Shown here: one piece after another, positions 13,678 to 26,416 of the stretch | Layout of the letters: each line of letters begins with the position of its first letter | Position numbering within the stretch: position 1 is the stretch's first letter | Source of the DNA: Spirogloea muscicola | Taxonomy: Eukaryota | Length of the DNA: 64,000 nucleotides | Assembly: GCA_009602725.1 (NCBI GenBank) | Contig: WELB01000018.1 | Location: 978,078-1,042,077 of the forward strand | Reading direction: 5' to 3' | Notes under the pieces: generated by a model | The model's database searches: none | The model's input: only the letters and a program-made list of their open reading frames with translations | Told to the model about the DNA's origin: nothing | Made by a program: the position numbers and the translations under genes

Positions 13678-15488
13678 GCTGCCCCGCAGCAGCCACTGCC
13701 TCAGCAGCTGGCTCTGTAGCAGCCGCTGCCTCAGCAGCCGACCGCTCTACCTCCCGAGGAGAGGTAGGCCGCGCACTGGACGCGTGCGACTCCATGCTTT
13801 CCGAAGAACACTGAGTGATCACTATAGACTCGGCAGTCAGCATATCACATACTCCATACTGCAAGACAGGACATCGCAAGACTGGTGCACCAGCGAGCGA
13901 CTAAGCAAGGCAGCGCGCTGAGCCCTAAATCCAAAGAGCAGGCAGGCAGACGGCCGCAGATATGACCAAGACCGAGGCACACGATTGATGCTGGCCACAC
14001 GACTGCCCTTTACCACACAAAGGCTGCAGGCGTCAAAAGAAGTGGCACTCCCAATGGGGGCAAGGGCTGCGAAAAGCCAGCCCAAAAAAAAATCACAAAG
14101 GTTCAGAGGGGCCTAAGAGCGGTGAGCAGCTACAAAGGGGCCTGAGGATGCAATGGTAAAACAGGGGGAGGATGGATCACTCAACAAGTACGAGTGAGGA
14201 GCCTCAGATCCGACAGACTAGCTGCCGGGAAGCTGTCACCCTGACGGAAGCCAGAGCCCGCAGCGAGAGCACGGCCAGCTCGCAGATGCAGAGCGTGGGC
14301 CATGGACCGCTGCAGGGATACAGAGAGGCGCATCCGATATACCTGAGCCCACGAGCCCGCGGCGTTGAAGTCGGCTGGCTCGCCGCGTCTGCGGGACACA
14401 GCCCGCCGCGCAAGCCTAGCCAATAGGTCAAGCCACTGGGACCCAAGAGCCCCGTGCACGTCCACCGCCAAGGGGACGAACTCGTCGGCAGGTGGGTGAT
14501 CGGAGTGCTTGGCCGCCTTGCAGCGAGCGGCCTTCGAGGCAGCGTGGCCGGCCCGCGAGGCAGAGAGCCCCAGGTTGGAGCGGTCGACCACATCGGTGGT
14601 GACTACATCGGCTATGATCCGCGCGCTACCGTCGCGCTATCAAAAGGTGATTTAGCAGCAGGTCGTCCTCCTCAAAAGATCAGGCAGTCGATGATCGGGG
14701 TTGGTTGCTGCTGACTCACGGGGCAAAGATGACTCAGCACCCGGCGCTTCTGCTGAGCAGGCTCGCGGACCTACGTCTGGCAAGACCTATATCACAACAG
14801 AAAAAGTCAAGCCAGCACATCAGGAAGATCCTTGCATCATCAGCAGCAAGTACAGAAAAAGTACAAGCGCGATAGAAGCAAGACCGCCTCTGATACCAAA
14901 TGTAAGGAACTTCGCCCTTACACACGCAATTAGGGTGAGTCGTCCTTGTTATGTTCGGCTGTAGGGGTCTCGGAGCGAGTCCCACTACACGGTGAAGCAC
15001 GAGAGAATAGGCGCAGCGGCAGACAGGCCCTGTGGCCCCGCCGTCCGGCGGCGATGTCACCTCCTGGGCGCAAGTCAGCGGCTGTTCCCTAAGGGGCGCA
15101 GCCACGGACTCCCCGCAGCAAGCCTTGCAGCAGGCTGCAGCGGCGGCTGCGGTGACAAGCAGCAGCAAGGCTTCTCTCGAACCCACAGGTCCAATTTAAT
15201 GGCGGGTCTCAGCCCAAGGCTCGTAGTGCTTCCCCCGTGCCCCACCCCCTCCTCAGAGTGAGCGGGTCGCCCAGGGCTTGCCTTGCGGCGGCCAAAGGTC
15301 CTCCCTTGGACGGGTGGGTTCTTGCGAGGGGTAGTTTAAGACGGGCGGGGCTCGCTGCACCTGGGTGGGCCACTTGCCTGGCAAGCCGCCCGCCCGCCAG
15401 CTGGACGGGCCCACTTGTCTGTCAGACGGCGAGCGGTCATGTAACGCTAACAGCACCGTGTGGCTTAAGTAAACGGCTGGATCATACA
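13678..15488 (-). mobile_element. 5' remnant of Ty3/gypsy element: 5' LTR (family A, 14901-15488), PBS, leader, gag start
   Basis: LTR TG..CA; reverse complement of TGGTATCAGAG at 14888-14898; leader homologous to 32700-33200 and 38320-38815; gag start MESHASSARPTSP. Confidence 0.85.
14029..14680 (-). mobile_element. 5'-truncated non-LTR retrotransposon fragment with restriction-like endonuclease (CRE-like)
   Basis: RIIADVVTTD..AASKAARCKAAKH..FVPLAVDVHGALG..LLARLA..RLSVSLQRSMA; interrupts the gypsy leader relative to sister copies. Confidence 0.7.
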
Positions 15489-16905
15489 ACGGCATCGATT
15501 GCCAGATTCACCTTGACATGCTTACGACGTTTTCTCTGCAGTTGCTTGTCTGCCATGCTGTTTGGAGGTACGGGTCAGCGCGCTGTCCTGCTTGCTCGCT
15601 TGCTGGTGGTCACCATTGCCGCGGTGTCTTGACAATTCAGTATGTGGCCGTGATATGCTGACCAGTGAAATCTGAATATATCATTCACTGCTTCCCCTGG
15701 AAGGCATGGAGTCCCGAAACTCCAGTGTGCGCCCCCACCTTATCGGCCGGCTGTACAACCGGCTGCAGTGGAGGAATTGGTCAATGAGCTGGAACGACGG
15801 CTTCCGGCCAAGAGGGCCTGTCGCCGGAGGACTTGCGGCTCAGTCGCACTCCTTACGTACGGCTTCCGGCCAAGAGGGCTGTCGCCGGAGGACTTGCGGC
15901 GAGTCGCATTTCTCACGAGCATCTGGAGGCGGCAATGGGTGTCATGGACCCTGCCTCCCTCGCCCTGCTGGGGGCGATGTGCGAGGAGGTGAACCCGCTC
16001 GGCTGGCTGCTTACCAGCGAGCGACGGCTCAAGAGGGCCAGGGCCAGGTGCATAGACTGCACGGGGCCCACGTGCATGAATTGCACCACGGCCAGAGCCA
16101 GGCGAACACCCTTCGGGGAGCCCCGCTCGGCTGGCTGACTACCAGCGCGCGACGGCTTGAAAGGGCCAGGGCCCTTTCACAGCCCTTGCCCCCATTAGGA
16201 GAGCCACTTCTCTGGGCCCAGGTGGATGAGTTGCACGGGGCCCAGGTGCATGGGTTGCACCGGGGCCAGAGCCAGGCGAACAATCTTCATGATCGTGTCG
16301 CCCGTTCGCACTCCGGAAGTATCTTGGCCAGATGGAGCGTGGGGACCTCCACGTCTGGCTGGACGTGATCGCGGATTGGTGCGTGGAATGTGTTACGGCC
16401 GAGGCGGCAAGAGTGAGTCTTGCCGCCGCATATCTCACTGGCGAGCCTCACCAGTGGTGAAACTCCGCAAACAAAAGCTCCACGCCCGACATGTACAACA
16501 CATAGGACATTTTCGCCATTGTGTTCGCCTGGTCCGTATACGCAAGCTGAGGGCTGGCGTGGACCCCATCACGATGGAGGCATTCATGGATTTGGCTTCG
16601 ATGGCGGCGCATGGCGTAAGCTTTCATGCTCGCTTTGTCACCCATCGAACGAACGTGCGCTCTCCTGCGAGGCGGGTGTTCCTTCCCACGAAGCTTTGGT
16701 AGCTTGGAAGAAGGCGAGGCCCACTGTGGAGCCGACCTGCAGTGCCGCTGGGGGCTCAAGGAGTGTGGCAAGGAGCCACATGGTTGCTTTCGCTGCGGCG
16801 ACTTGCACCATCATATTCGAGAGCAAGGCTCCCGGGCCTTCAACCTTTCGGCCGGCACGTACCTCCGAGAGGAACAAGGGCAAAGACAAGGGCACGCTTG
16901 AGTAC
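15489..16905 (+). mobile_element. Degenerate gypsy leader and gag fragment
   Basis: Leader similar to other elements; CFRCGDLHHHIRE zinc-knuckle remnant; ends GKDKG like the other Gags. Confidence 0.6.
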
Positions 16906-17271
16906 TGTGAAGGACCCAACACCTAAGAGCACACAGTTAGGGGTTAGGTCGTCCTTATTCTTTTCGGCCGCTGGGGTTTGAGACGAACCCCCAGCACAAC
17001 GACGCACCGAGCACACTACGCAGCAAATACCTTAACCCGAGGCGCCGCCGGCAGGCGGCGACTCACCTCTCCGGTACGGGCCAGCAACTCTGTCCACAAG
17101 GGGAGCAGTCACAGTCTTACTTACAGGAGAGCCGATGGAGATCCGCAGCAACCGGCTGCAGCGTCAGGCTGCAGCAGCAGGCAGCAGATGGGCTGCGTCA
17201 GCAGGCGGCAGCAGGGCTGCGCCTCTCTCTCGCGGGCTCCACTAATTCCGACCGGGGACTACGAGTCTATT
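16906..17271 (-). repeat. Partial LTR, family C-like
   Basis: Begins TGTGAAGG; similar to 51438-51790; truncated by an adjacent family A LTR. Confidence 0.65.
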
Positions 17272-17833
17272 TGTAGAGAACCTCGCCCTACACACGCAGT
17301 TAGGGTGAGTCGTCCTTCTTATGTTCGGCTGTAGGTGGTTCAGGGACCAACGCACTACACGGCAAAGCACTCGCGCATAGGCGCAGCGGAAGACAGGCCC
17401 TGTGGCACCGCCGTCCGGCGGCGACTCCACCTCCTGGGCGCGAGCCGGCGGCTGTCCTCCAAGGGGCGCAGCTACGGACTCCCCGCAGCAAGCCCTGCAG
17501 CAGGCTGCGGCGGCGGCTGCAGTAGCAAGGCTGCTCCTAAGCTTCACCGGTCTAAATCAATGTCGGGTCTCAGCCCAAGGCTCGTACTGCTTCCCCCGTG
17601 CCACCCCCACTCCAGGGGTGTGAGCGGGTCGCCCCGTGGCCTGCCTTGCGGCGGGCCAAAGATCCCCCTTTGAACGGGTGGATCCTAGCGAGGGGTATTT
17701 CTGGACGGGCGGGGACCGCACGTGGGCGGGCCACTTGCCCGGCCAGCCAGCCCGCCACCCGGCGGGCCACTTGCTGTCAAGTCGGTCCTGTAACGTAACA
17801 GCACCGTGTGGCTTGACCAGACCGGATCGCTAC
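17272..17833 (-). repeat. LTR family A
   Basis: Collinear with 14901-15488. Confidence 0.85.
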
Positions 17834-17839
17834 TTACCT

Positions 17840-19975
17840 TAATTTGCAATGTACAACGTGGCGCACGGCGCTTTGTCCTTCGCAAGAAGCTTCCCTGTGC
17901 ACCGCCGCTGGCGGCAGGGGCTTCCATTCTGCTGTCCGCCATGCAGATGAAGTGATTGATTCACAAAAACACTGTGCAGATGGCGTTTCTTGTAATTGTG
18001 GCCTTAGGTGATGAGTCTAAGCCTGACTTGTGTGTGAACGCTGCGAATTCACGTGGCGGGGGGCTTTAAGCTGCTGGAAGAGTTTGCGGATGTGTTTCCC
18101 GACACTCTTTCGAACGGTCTACCTCCTCATCGAAGTGAGGCTCATAATTCCATTGGAGCCAGGCGCCAACCCGCCTTACCGTCTCATGTACCGGCTGAGC
18201 CCTCTCGAATTCAGAGCAATGCAAAACCAGGTCGAGGATCTGCTGGCGAAGCGCTACATCGAGCCATCTCAGTCGCCGTACGAAGCACCTATTCTCTTTG
18301 TTAAACAGAAGGATGGCACACTACGGATGTGCATTGACTACCGGGCTTTGATCAAGCTCACTATCAAGAACCGATACCCATTGCCTCGGACAGATGATCT
18401 GTTCGATTGGCTTGCAGTGGCCACTGTGTTTAGCTCCCTGGACCTGGCAAGTGGGTATCACCAGATCTGAGTCACGCCTGCGGATGCTCAAAAGTCGGCG
18501 TTCCGTACGTCGCTTGGACAGTTTCACTTCGAGGTGCTGAGCTTTGGCTTGACCAATGCACCGGCTACATTCCAGGCTGTGATGACGAGGGTCTTTGGTC
18601 CCTGCTCTATGATTTTGACATGGTGTACTTGGACGACATACTGGTGTTCAGCAAAACGCCGGAGGATCAAGTCAGGCACCTGCGTCGAGTGCTGCAGTTG
18701 CTGCGTGATAATCAATTGTATGCCAAGAGGTCCAAGTGCGCGTTCTACCAGCCAGAGCTGACATACCTTGGGCATGTCGTGGGCAAAGACGGCATACGTG
18801 TAGACCCCTGGAAGACTTCGGTCGTACAGGATTGGCCTGTGCCATAGACTGTACCTCAATTGCGCTCCTTTCTTAAAGTCGCAATTACTTCCGTAACTTC
18901 CTACAAGGCCTCAGGAACTTGGCACTTCCTCTTACGAAGCTGACTCGTAAGAACTTACCTTGGGATTGGTCGTCCAAATGCCAGAGGCATTTGAGGGTAT
19001 ACAGCAGGCGCTGACATCTCCACCTGTGCTGGCGTTTCCTCGTAAAGGAGTGCCATATGAGCTCATCTGCGATACCCCTTTGACCGGCATTGGTGCCGTG
19101 CTCTTGCCAGAGAGAAACACCCGTTAGCGTTTGAGAGTCGCCTGCTAATCCCTGCAGATCGAAATTACACTACGGGCGAGCAATAATTGCTGGCTGTGGT
19201 GCACGCCTTACGTGTCTGGCGTTGCTACCTGGAAGGTGTGGAAATTATGGTCGTCACGGATCATTGCCCGTTGACAAATTGTAACACTCGTAAACACCTA
19301 AACCCCAAACCCTAAAGCAGACTTTTACTAGGCGTCAAGCTCGATGGGCTGAGTGCATGGAACATTCCAGCTTCTAGTGGATTTATCGCCCTGGACGGCT
19401 CATGTTGCGGACTCTGTGAGTCGCCACATTGGCGGCGCTGATGCGTTAACTACCTTGACTGCTTCTGGAGTGCGGGCTGCAGAACTGCGTCCGACTCGTC
19501 AAGCTTCTCGGCAACCGACGGCTGACCTCTCTGAGCTCTAAGTCCGTATCCGTGAAGGGTATGGCAAAGACCCATGGTTTGCTGAGGCCGCCAACATAAG
19601 CACCCTCACTGATGACAAAACTTCTGGTGGCAAGGCGACGCTATTGTGGTCAGTCCAGGACTGCAATGCCTTGCGCACTGACATAGAGCAGGAGCTGCAT
19701 GATACGCATTACAGTGGTCACCTGGGAATGAGCAAATTCAAACAGGCTGTGCGACGCAAACAGGCTGTGCGACGCCTCTTTTGGTGGAAGGGATTTTCAA
19801 CCAAGGTGCGCGCTTTTGTGGCAAGCTGTGCCACATGCCAGCGTAGGAAGGCATTATCAGACAAGCCTGCCGGATTACTTCAACCCTTGCAGATTTCGCA
19901 GCGGAATTGGTCTGATGTAAGTTGTTTGTCATACAATTGCCTAAGACGAGGAGCGCTTATGATGCCATTGATGGT
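17840..19975 (+). pseudogene. Decayed gypsy pol fragment (RT-RNase H-start of integrase)
   Basis: [43 protein letters not shown] zinc finger; stops and frameshifts. Confidence 0.9.
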
Positions 19976-19978
19976 CAT

Positions 19979-20472
19979 TGTCGCGTCGCCCCTGTGCCGC
20001 CCAACGGGCGTCGCTTCGTCTCCCCTTTGTCCGGCCCTCCCCTCCTGGCGAGGGCCCTGGGGGCAACCCTCGTCACACCCTCAGGAGAGGGATGGCAGTA
20101 GAACCGCTATAAGTATTAGGCCTTGGTCAGACTCTGGAGTCCGACCAACGCCCGAGAGAGACACAGCCCTGCTGCTGCCTATCCAGCCCCGCTGCTGCCT
20201 GCTGCTGCCGCCGCCGCCACAGCTCTGCTGCTGCCGCCTGCTGCCAGCCCGTCGCCGCAGCTCATCGCTGCGGGCCCCGCCGGCTCTCAGTAAGTCTATT
20301 GGTAGAGTCACCGCCCTAGGGCGGTGCCTCAGGGTAAGACTTCCGCTGCGCTCTTTGCGCGTACGTGCGATGGCGTTCTCTTGTATGAGGGTTGTTTTCT
20401 AAACACCCTATGTTCGAATCCAAACCAGGACATTCTGACCCTAACTGTGTGATTAGGGACAGGGATGTTATA
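19979..20472 (+). repeat. Short or partial LTR family B
   Basis: Shares the CCGCCCTAGGGCGG module and GGGACAGGGATGTTA end; abuts the terminal 10 bp of a family A 3' LTR. Confidence 0.75.
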
Positions 20473-22168
20473 GGTTCATTACGTACCTCCCCACTCTGGT
20501 GTTCACGTCCTCGGGAACAACGAGAGAAGAGCCGACAGGTATTAAGATGCCCGACGGCTGCTGCCTCTACCAAGCCTCGGAGAATTACCAACCTTGGCCA
20601 GGTATTCCCAGAGAGCATCCGGACAATTCGCCAAATTGGCCGCAGGCTCCCACGTGTTGGGCTCAGGCCCATACCCGAGCCACTTCACCAGATACTCACG
20701 GGTCTTGCGCCCTCGAGGCTTGTCCCTGTGAGACAAGATCTCTTCCACCTCCAACTCAAGATCATCCTCGACCAGTAGTGGAGGTGGGGGCGGTTGGACA
20801 CGACCATCCGAAAGGAAGGCCCTCAGCTGAGACACATGGAAGACGTTATGGATAAACAAATGCACCGGTGTCTTCAGCTCGTAGGACACCTTGCCCACAA
20901 GGCGTACTAATGCAAACGGTCCAAACCACTTGGGCAGCAATTTGCGCGTACCCACAGCCCGCAAGGATAAGTGCCTCGTGCTCAGCAGCACTTGCGCACC
21001 AACATTGAAGGACATGTCCTTCCGATAACAGTCAGCATAAGCCTTCTGGCGACTCTGTGCAAATCCAAGAATTGCCCAGCTCGTCTCTGAGCCTCCAAGA
21101 GGTTCCCAGTAAAGGCTACCGCGGCGGGAACTCGTTCCGGCCTCTCCACCTGAAGTGGAGCTCGGGGATGCTGACCATAGTTGAGGAAGAATGGAGTCTC
21201 CTTTGTGGACGCATGATAGGCGTTGCTCACAGCGTCTTCAGCTGGAGCCAAATACTCATCCCGGTCAGTCTGGCCGGGATTTGACAAAGTGCCTCAGCAT
21301 GTCCCCGATTCATTCGCTCAGCATGGCCATCAGTTTGTGGATGAAAGGCTGTGGACATGGACTGCTTCGTGCCAAGAAGCTTGCATGCTTCCTTCCAGAA
21401 GTGACTTGTAAAGGGAGGATCGCGGTTCGAGACCAACTTCTCAGGTACTCCATGCAGCTTCCACACCTTATCCACAAAGATGCCAGCGAAATCCTTCGCC
21501 GATGCCCGCGTAGTCGTGGAATCACCATGTTACTCAAGCAATCCACAAAGACGACAATGGCATCAAAGCCTTTCTGCGTCTGAGGCAATTGTGTGATAAA
21601 GTCCACACTGACATCAGACCAATTCCGCTCCGGAATCTGCAAGGGCTGAAGTAATTCGGCAGGCTTGCCAGAGATTTGCCTTACTAGGCTGGCATGTGGC
21701 ACAGCTTGCCTCAAAAGCGCGCACCTGGGTTGGAAAACCCTTCCACCAAAAGAGGTGTCGCACAGCCTGTTTAGTTTTGCTCACTCCCAGATTACCACTG
21801 TAAGGCGTACCATGCAGCTCCTGCATTATGTTAGTGCGCAAGGCATTGCAGTCCGGGACCACAATAGCGTCGCCTTGCCACCAAAAGCCTTTGTCATCAG
21901 TGAGGGAGCGTACGTTGGCTGCCTCAGCAAAGCATGGGTCTTTGCCATACCCTTCACGAATACGCACGTACAGCTCAGAGAGGTCGGCCGTGGGTTGCCG
22001 AGAAGCTTGACGAGTCAGACGCAGTCCTGCAGCCCGCACTCCAGAAGCATTCAAGGTAGCCAACGCATCAGCGCCGCGAATGTTGCGATTCACAGGGTTC
22101 GCAATAGTAAGCCGTACAGGGCGATAAACCCACTGGAAACTGAGTTGTGCCATGCACTAAACCCATCG
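20473..22168 (-). pseudogene. Gypsy integrase-chromodomain fragment with PPT
   Basis: SVDFITQLP, AFHPQTDG, HNVFHVSQL, EYLVKWLGYGPEPNTWEP; PPT near 20484-20498. Confidence 0.9.
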
Positions 22169-23001
22169 TGTAACGTTCCTCCTGTTTGAGCGTGCCAAAG
22201 GTGCGCGGGAAGCTTACATGAGCGTATCGTATCTACCGTTTGGAGTCCCTACCGGTGCGGGTGACTTTGCTGCACTCCGTGTAGCTAAGTACGGGTGAGG
22301 TCCCTGGCTCCGTACCACGTGCGCACGCCTCGGGCCTACGCCCTGCAGGCTGGCCGGGTGGGCTAGCTCTCCCTCAGGCCAGCGTCCTGCGGGCTGGCCG
22401 GGTGGGCCAGCTCTCCCTCAGCAGTGCCCTGCGGGCTGGCCCGGTTGGCTAGCTCTCTTGGCCTCATGGCCGCATGGCCTCTGTCCTGTGTCCTCCTGGC
22501 CTCAGTCCTTTGGCCCCGTGAGCCAGGCTATCTGTAACATCCCATCCCTAAACACACAGTTAGAGTCAGAATGTCCTGCTTTGGATGCAAGCGTAGGGTG
22601 TTTAAGATACATTTCTCATACAGGAGAACGCCGACGCACATACGCGCACAGAGCGCAGCGGAAGTCTTACCCTGAGGCACCGCCCTAGGGCGGTGACTCT
22701 ACCCATAGACTTACAGAGAGCTGGCGGGGCCCGCAGCGACGAGCTGCGGCGACGGGCTGGGCAGAGACGGCAGCAGCCGAGCTGTAGCATCCCTGTCCAG
22801 AGATTCGGCGGGGCCCGCAGCGACGAGCTGCGGCGACGGGCTGGGCTGTAGGCGGCAGCAGGCAGCAGCGGGGCTGGCTAGGCAGCAGCGGGGCTGGCTA
22901 GGCAGCAGCAGTGCTGTGTCTCTCTCGGCATTGGTCGGACTCGGCAGCCCGGTCAAGGTCTAATACTTATATAGCGTTCCGTCTGCCACCCCTCCCCCGA
23001 G
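22169..23001. repeat. Two partial family B LTRs in opposite orientation (22169-22532 +; 22533-23001 -)
   Basis: TGTAACGTTCC start; TGTAACATCCC start of the reverse copy. Confidence 0.75.
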
Positions 23002-26000
23002 TGTGACATCTCTGTCCCTAATCACACATTTAGAGTCAAATGTCCTGGTTTGGAATCGAGCATAGGGTTTTTGGGAGACAACCCTCATACAGGAGAACGC
23101 TAACGCACATACGCGCACAGAGCGCAGCGGAAGTCCTACCCTGAGGCACCGCCCTAGGGCGGTGACCCTACCAATAGACTTACAGAGAGCCGGCGGGGCC
23201 CGCAGCGATGAGCTGCGGCGACGGGCTGGCAGCAGGCGGCAGCAGCAGAGCTGTGACGGCGGCGGCAGCAGCAGGCAGCAGCGGGGCTGGCTAGGCAGCA
23301 CAGGGCAGTGTCTCTCGGGCGTTGGTCGGACTCCAGAGTCTGGCCTCGGCCCACTACTTGTAGCGTTTTCCCTGCCGCCCCTCCCCAGAGGGTGTGACGA
23401 GGGTAGCCCCCTAGCTCCTCTCCCGGAGGGGCGGGCCTGATGAATGGGGATACAGGGATACGGATCTAGGGGACTGGCGCGTGCCGCGCGTGGCGCATGC
23501 AGCGCGTGCCGCGTGGCGCGTGCTGCTCGTGGCACGAGCCTGACGAATGGAAAGACGAGTCGCGGAGCGCGTGCTGCGCATGGCGCGAGCCGGACGAATG
23601 GAAAGGCGAGTCTCATAGCGCGTGCTGCGCGTGGCACGCGCCAGACGTGGCGCGTGCAGCGCTTGTCGCGGGGCGCGTGCTATGCGTGCCGCACGTGGCG
23701 CATGCCGCACATGCCCAGGGTCTCAGCCCTTACTTAGCTACACGGAGTGCAGCGAAGTTACCCGTACCTTTTGGGACTCCCAAACGGTAGATACGATACG
23801 ATCATGTAAGGTGACCGGCACCGTTGGCACGCCCAAACGGAAGGGAACGTTACATACCTCCCCACTTAGATGTTCACGTCCTCGGGAACAAGAAGGGAGC
23901 ACGACGGATAGCCAGGGGGTTAAGCCCGGCGGGAGGAGTGTGGACGACGGAGAGAAGAGGCTTGGCCTCCTGTCAAATGCTGCTGGACGCGGGAAGTACA
24001 TTGGCAAGATTGACCGCAAATTCCCATGTATTGTGCTCAGGCCCATAGCCGAGCCACTTGACAAGGTACTCACGGGACTTACGACGCCCACGGCGATTGT
24101 CCTGGTGCGACGACATCTCCTCCACTTGAAACTCCTCCGCGCCATCAACGACGAGGGGAGGTGGGGGCGGTTGGACACGGCCATCCGTATGGTATGCCTC
24201 GAGTTGAGACACATGGAAAACTTTGTGGATTTTCCATTGTACCGGTGTATCAATCTCATATGCGACCTTGCCGACCAGGCGCATGACACGGAACGGTCCA
24301 ACCCACTTTGGCAGCAACTTAGACGTACCGACAGCCCGCAAGACTAAGTGCTTAGTGCTCAATAGCACTTGGGCACCGACGTCAAAGGACACATCGCTGC
24401 AACGGCGATCAGCATACTTACTGCTTTTGCCGGTTCTGAGCAATTTTGAAGATTTGCTTAGCCCTCTGCTGAGCTTCCAGGAGAGTACCGGTGAAGCTTA
24501 CGGCGGCCGGAACGCGCTCCGGCCTCTCCACCTTCAAAGGTGATCGGGGATGCTGACAGGAAGAAGGGTGTATTTGTGGTAGATTCATGAAAGGCATGAT
24601 TCACAGCAAATTCCGCTGGAGCAAGATACACATCCCAGTCACTTTGACTGGGGTTTACAAAGTGCCTGAGCATGTCTTCTAAAACCCGATTCATCCGCTC
24701 GGTCTGACCGTCTGTCTGGGGTTGGAAAGCCGTGGACACGGATTGCTTCGTCCCGAGAAGCCTGCACACTTCTTTCCAGAAGTGACCCGTGAAGCGAGGA
24801 TCGCGGTCAGACACGATGCGCTCGTGCAGTTTCCATACGCCGTCCACAAATATGCCAGCAAAGTCCTTAGCGGATACCCGTGTGGTCGTAGGTTGAAAAG
24901 GCACCATTTTACTCAAACGAGCCACAAACACGACAATGCTGTCAAAGCCGTTGCGCGTCTTGGGCAACTGGGTGATGAAGTTCACACTGACATCAGACCA
25001 GTTCCGCAGGGGGATAGCCAAAGGTTGGAGCAACCCGGCAGGCTTGTGAGAGCGTGCCTTACTACGCTGGCAGGTGGCACAAGTCCTCACAAAAGACTTC
25101 ACGTGAACTGACAAGCTCGGCCACCGAAAGAGAAGCTGGATAGCTTTCTTTGTCTTTCCCATACCCAGTTGACCACTATACGGAGGCTCATGCATCTCTT
25201 GCATGATACTAATGCGCAAGGCATTGCAGTTGGGCACCACAATGGCGCCACCTCGCCACCAGAAGCCTTGGTCAAATACCACTCTGCGTGCTTCGGTTGC
25301 AGATGCAAACCAAGGGTCTGTGCCATACCCATCACGAATAGGCACATACAGCTCAGAGAGGTTGGTGGTGCGTTGCGCTGCGGCCCCACGGGTAGGCCGC
25401 ACGTCTGCAGTCAGAACCCTTGTGGCACACAAGACAGGCGCCACAGCAGCCCCTCAATGTTGCGGCTCACCGGGTCCGCCACATCGATCCTTCCAGGGCG
25501 GTACAACCACTGGAAACGGAATTGTGGCATACCCTCTGCCCACCTAGCTTGACGGCTGCTCAATTGCTGCTGTGTGTGAAAGTAGGTCAACGGGCAATGA
25601 TCCGTTACGACCGTAAATTTAAAACCCTCGAGACAGCTAAGCCACACACGGAGGGCGTGCACAACAGCAAGGAGCTCCTGCTCACCCGCAGTATAATTTC
25701 GCTCTGCAGGACTTAGCAGGCGACTCTCAAATGCTACGGGATGACCCTCCTGCAGGAGAACGGCACCAATGCCGATCAAAGAGCGTCACAGACGAACTTC
25801 ATACGGCATGCCTTCTCGAGGCGACGCCAAAACGGGTGGGGATACCGGAACCCGTTCTATATCCTCAAACGCCTTCTGGCATTCGGACGTCCACCCCCAT
25901 GGTACGTCCTTACGAGTGAGCTTCGTAAAAGGAGATGCCATCTTCCATATCCTTGAAGGAATTTTGCAAAATAGTTTGCGGATCCCAAAAAGGAATGCAA

Positions 26001-26416
26001 ATGCGGCACAGTCCGCGGCACAGGCCAGTCCTTCCCTACTACTGCCTTTCTGGCGTCGACGCGCACCCCATCTTTGCCCACTACATGCCCTGAGTACGTT
26101 AAGTCGGGCTGGTTGAATACACACTTGGAGGTCTTAGCATAGAATGATTTTCACGTAGCATTCCAGGACTTTCCGCAGGTGGCGTACATGATCCTCAGGC
26201 GTTTTACTAAACACCAGTATGTCATCCAGGTAGAGCAGCACGAAGTCATACACAAAAGGGGGCCAAAGACTTTCGTCATCACTGCCTGAAATGTGGCAGG
26301 TGCGTTGGTCAGACCAAATCTCAGCACCTTGGACTGGAAGTGTCCGACCGGCGTACGAAATGCTGACTTCGGAACGTCCTCAGGAGTGATACGAATTCGA
26401 TGATACCCACTCTGCA
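23002..26416 (-). mobile_element. 3' part of family B chromovirus: 3' LTR 23002-23854, PPT, CHD-INT-RH-RT (decayed)
   Basis: LTR followed by TACCTCCCCACTT (PPT reverse complement); [52 protein letters not shown]. Confidence 0.9.
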
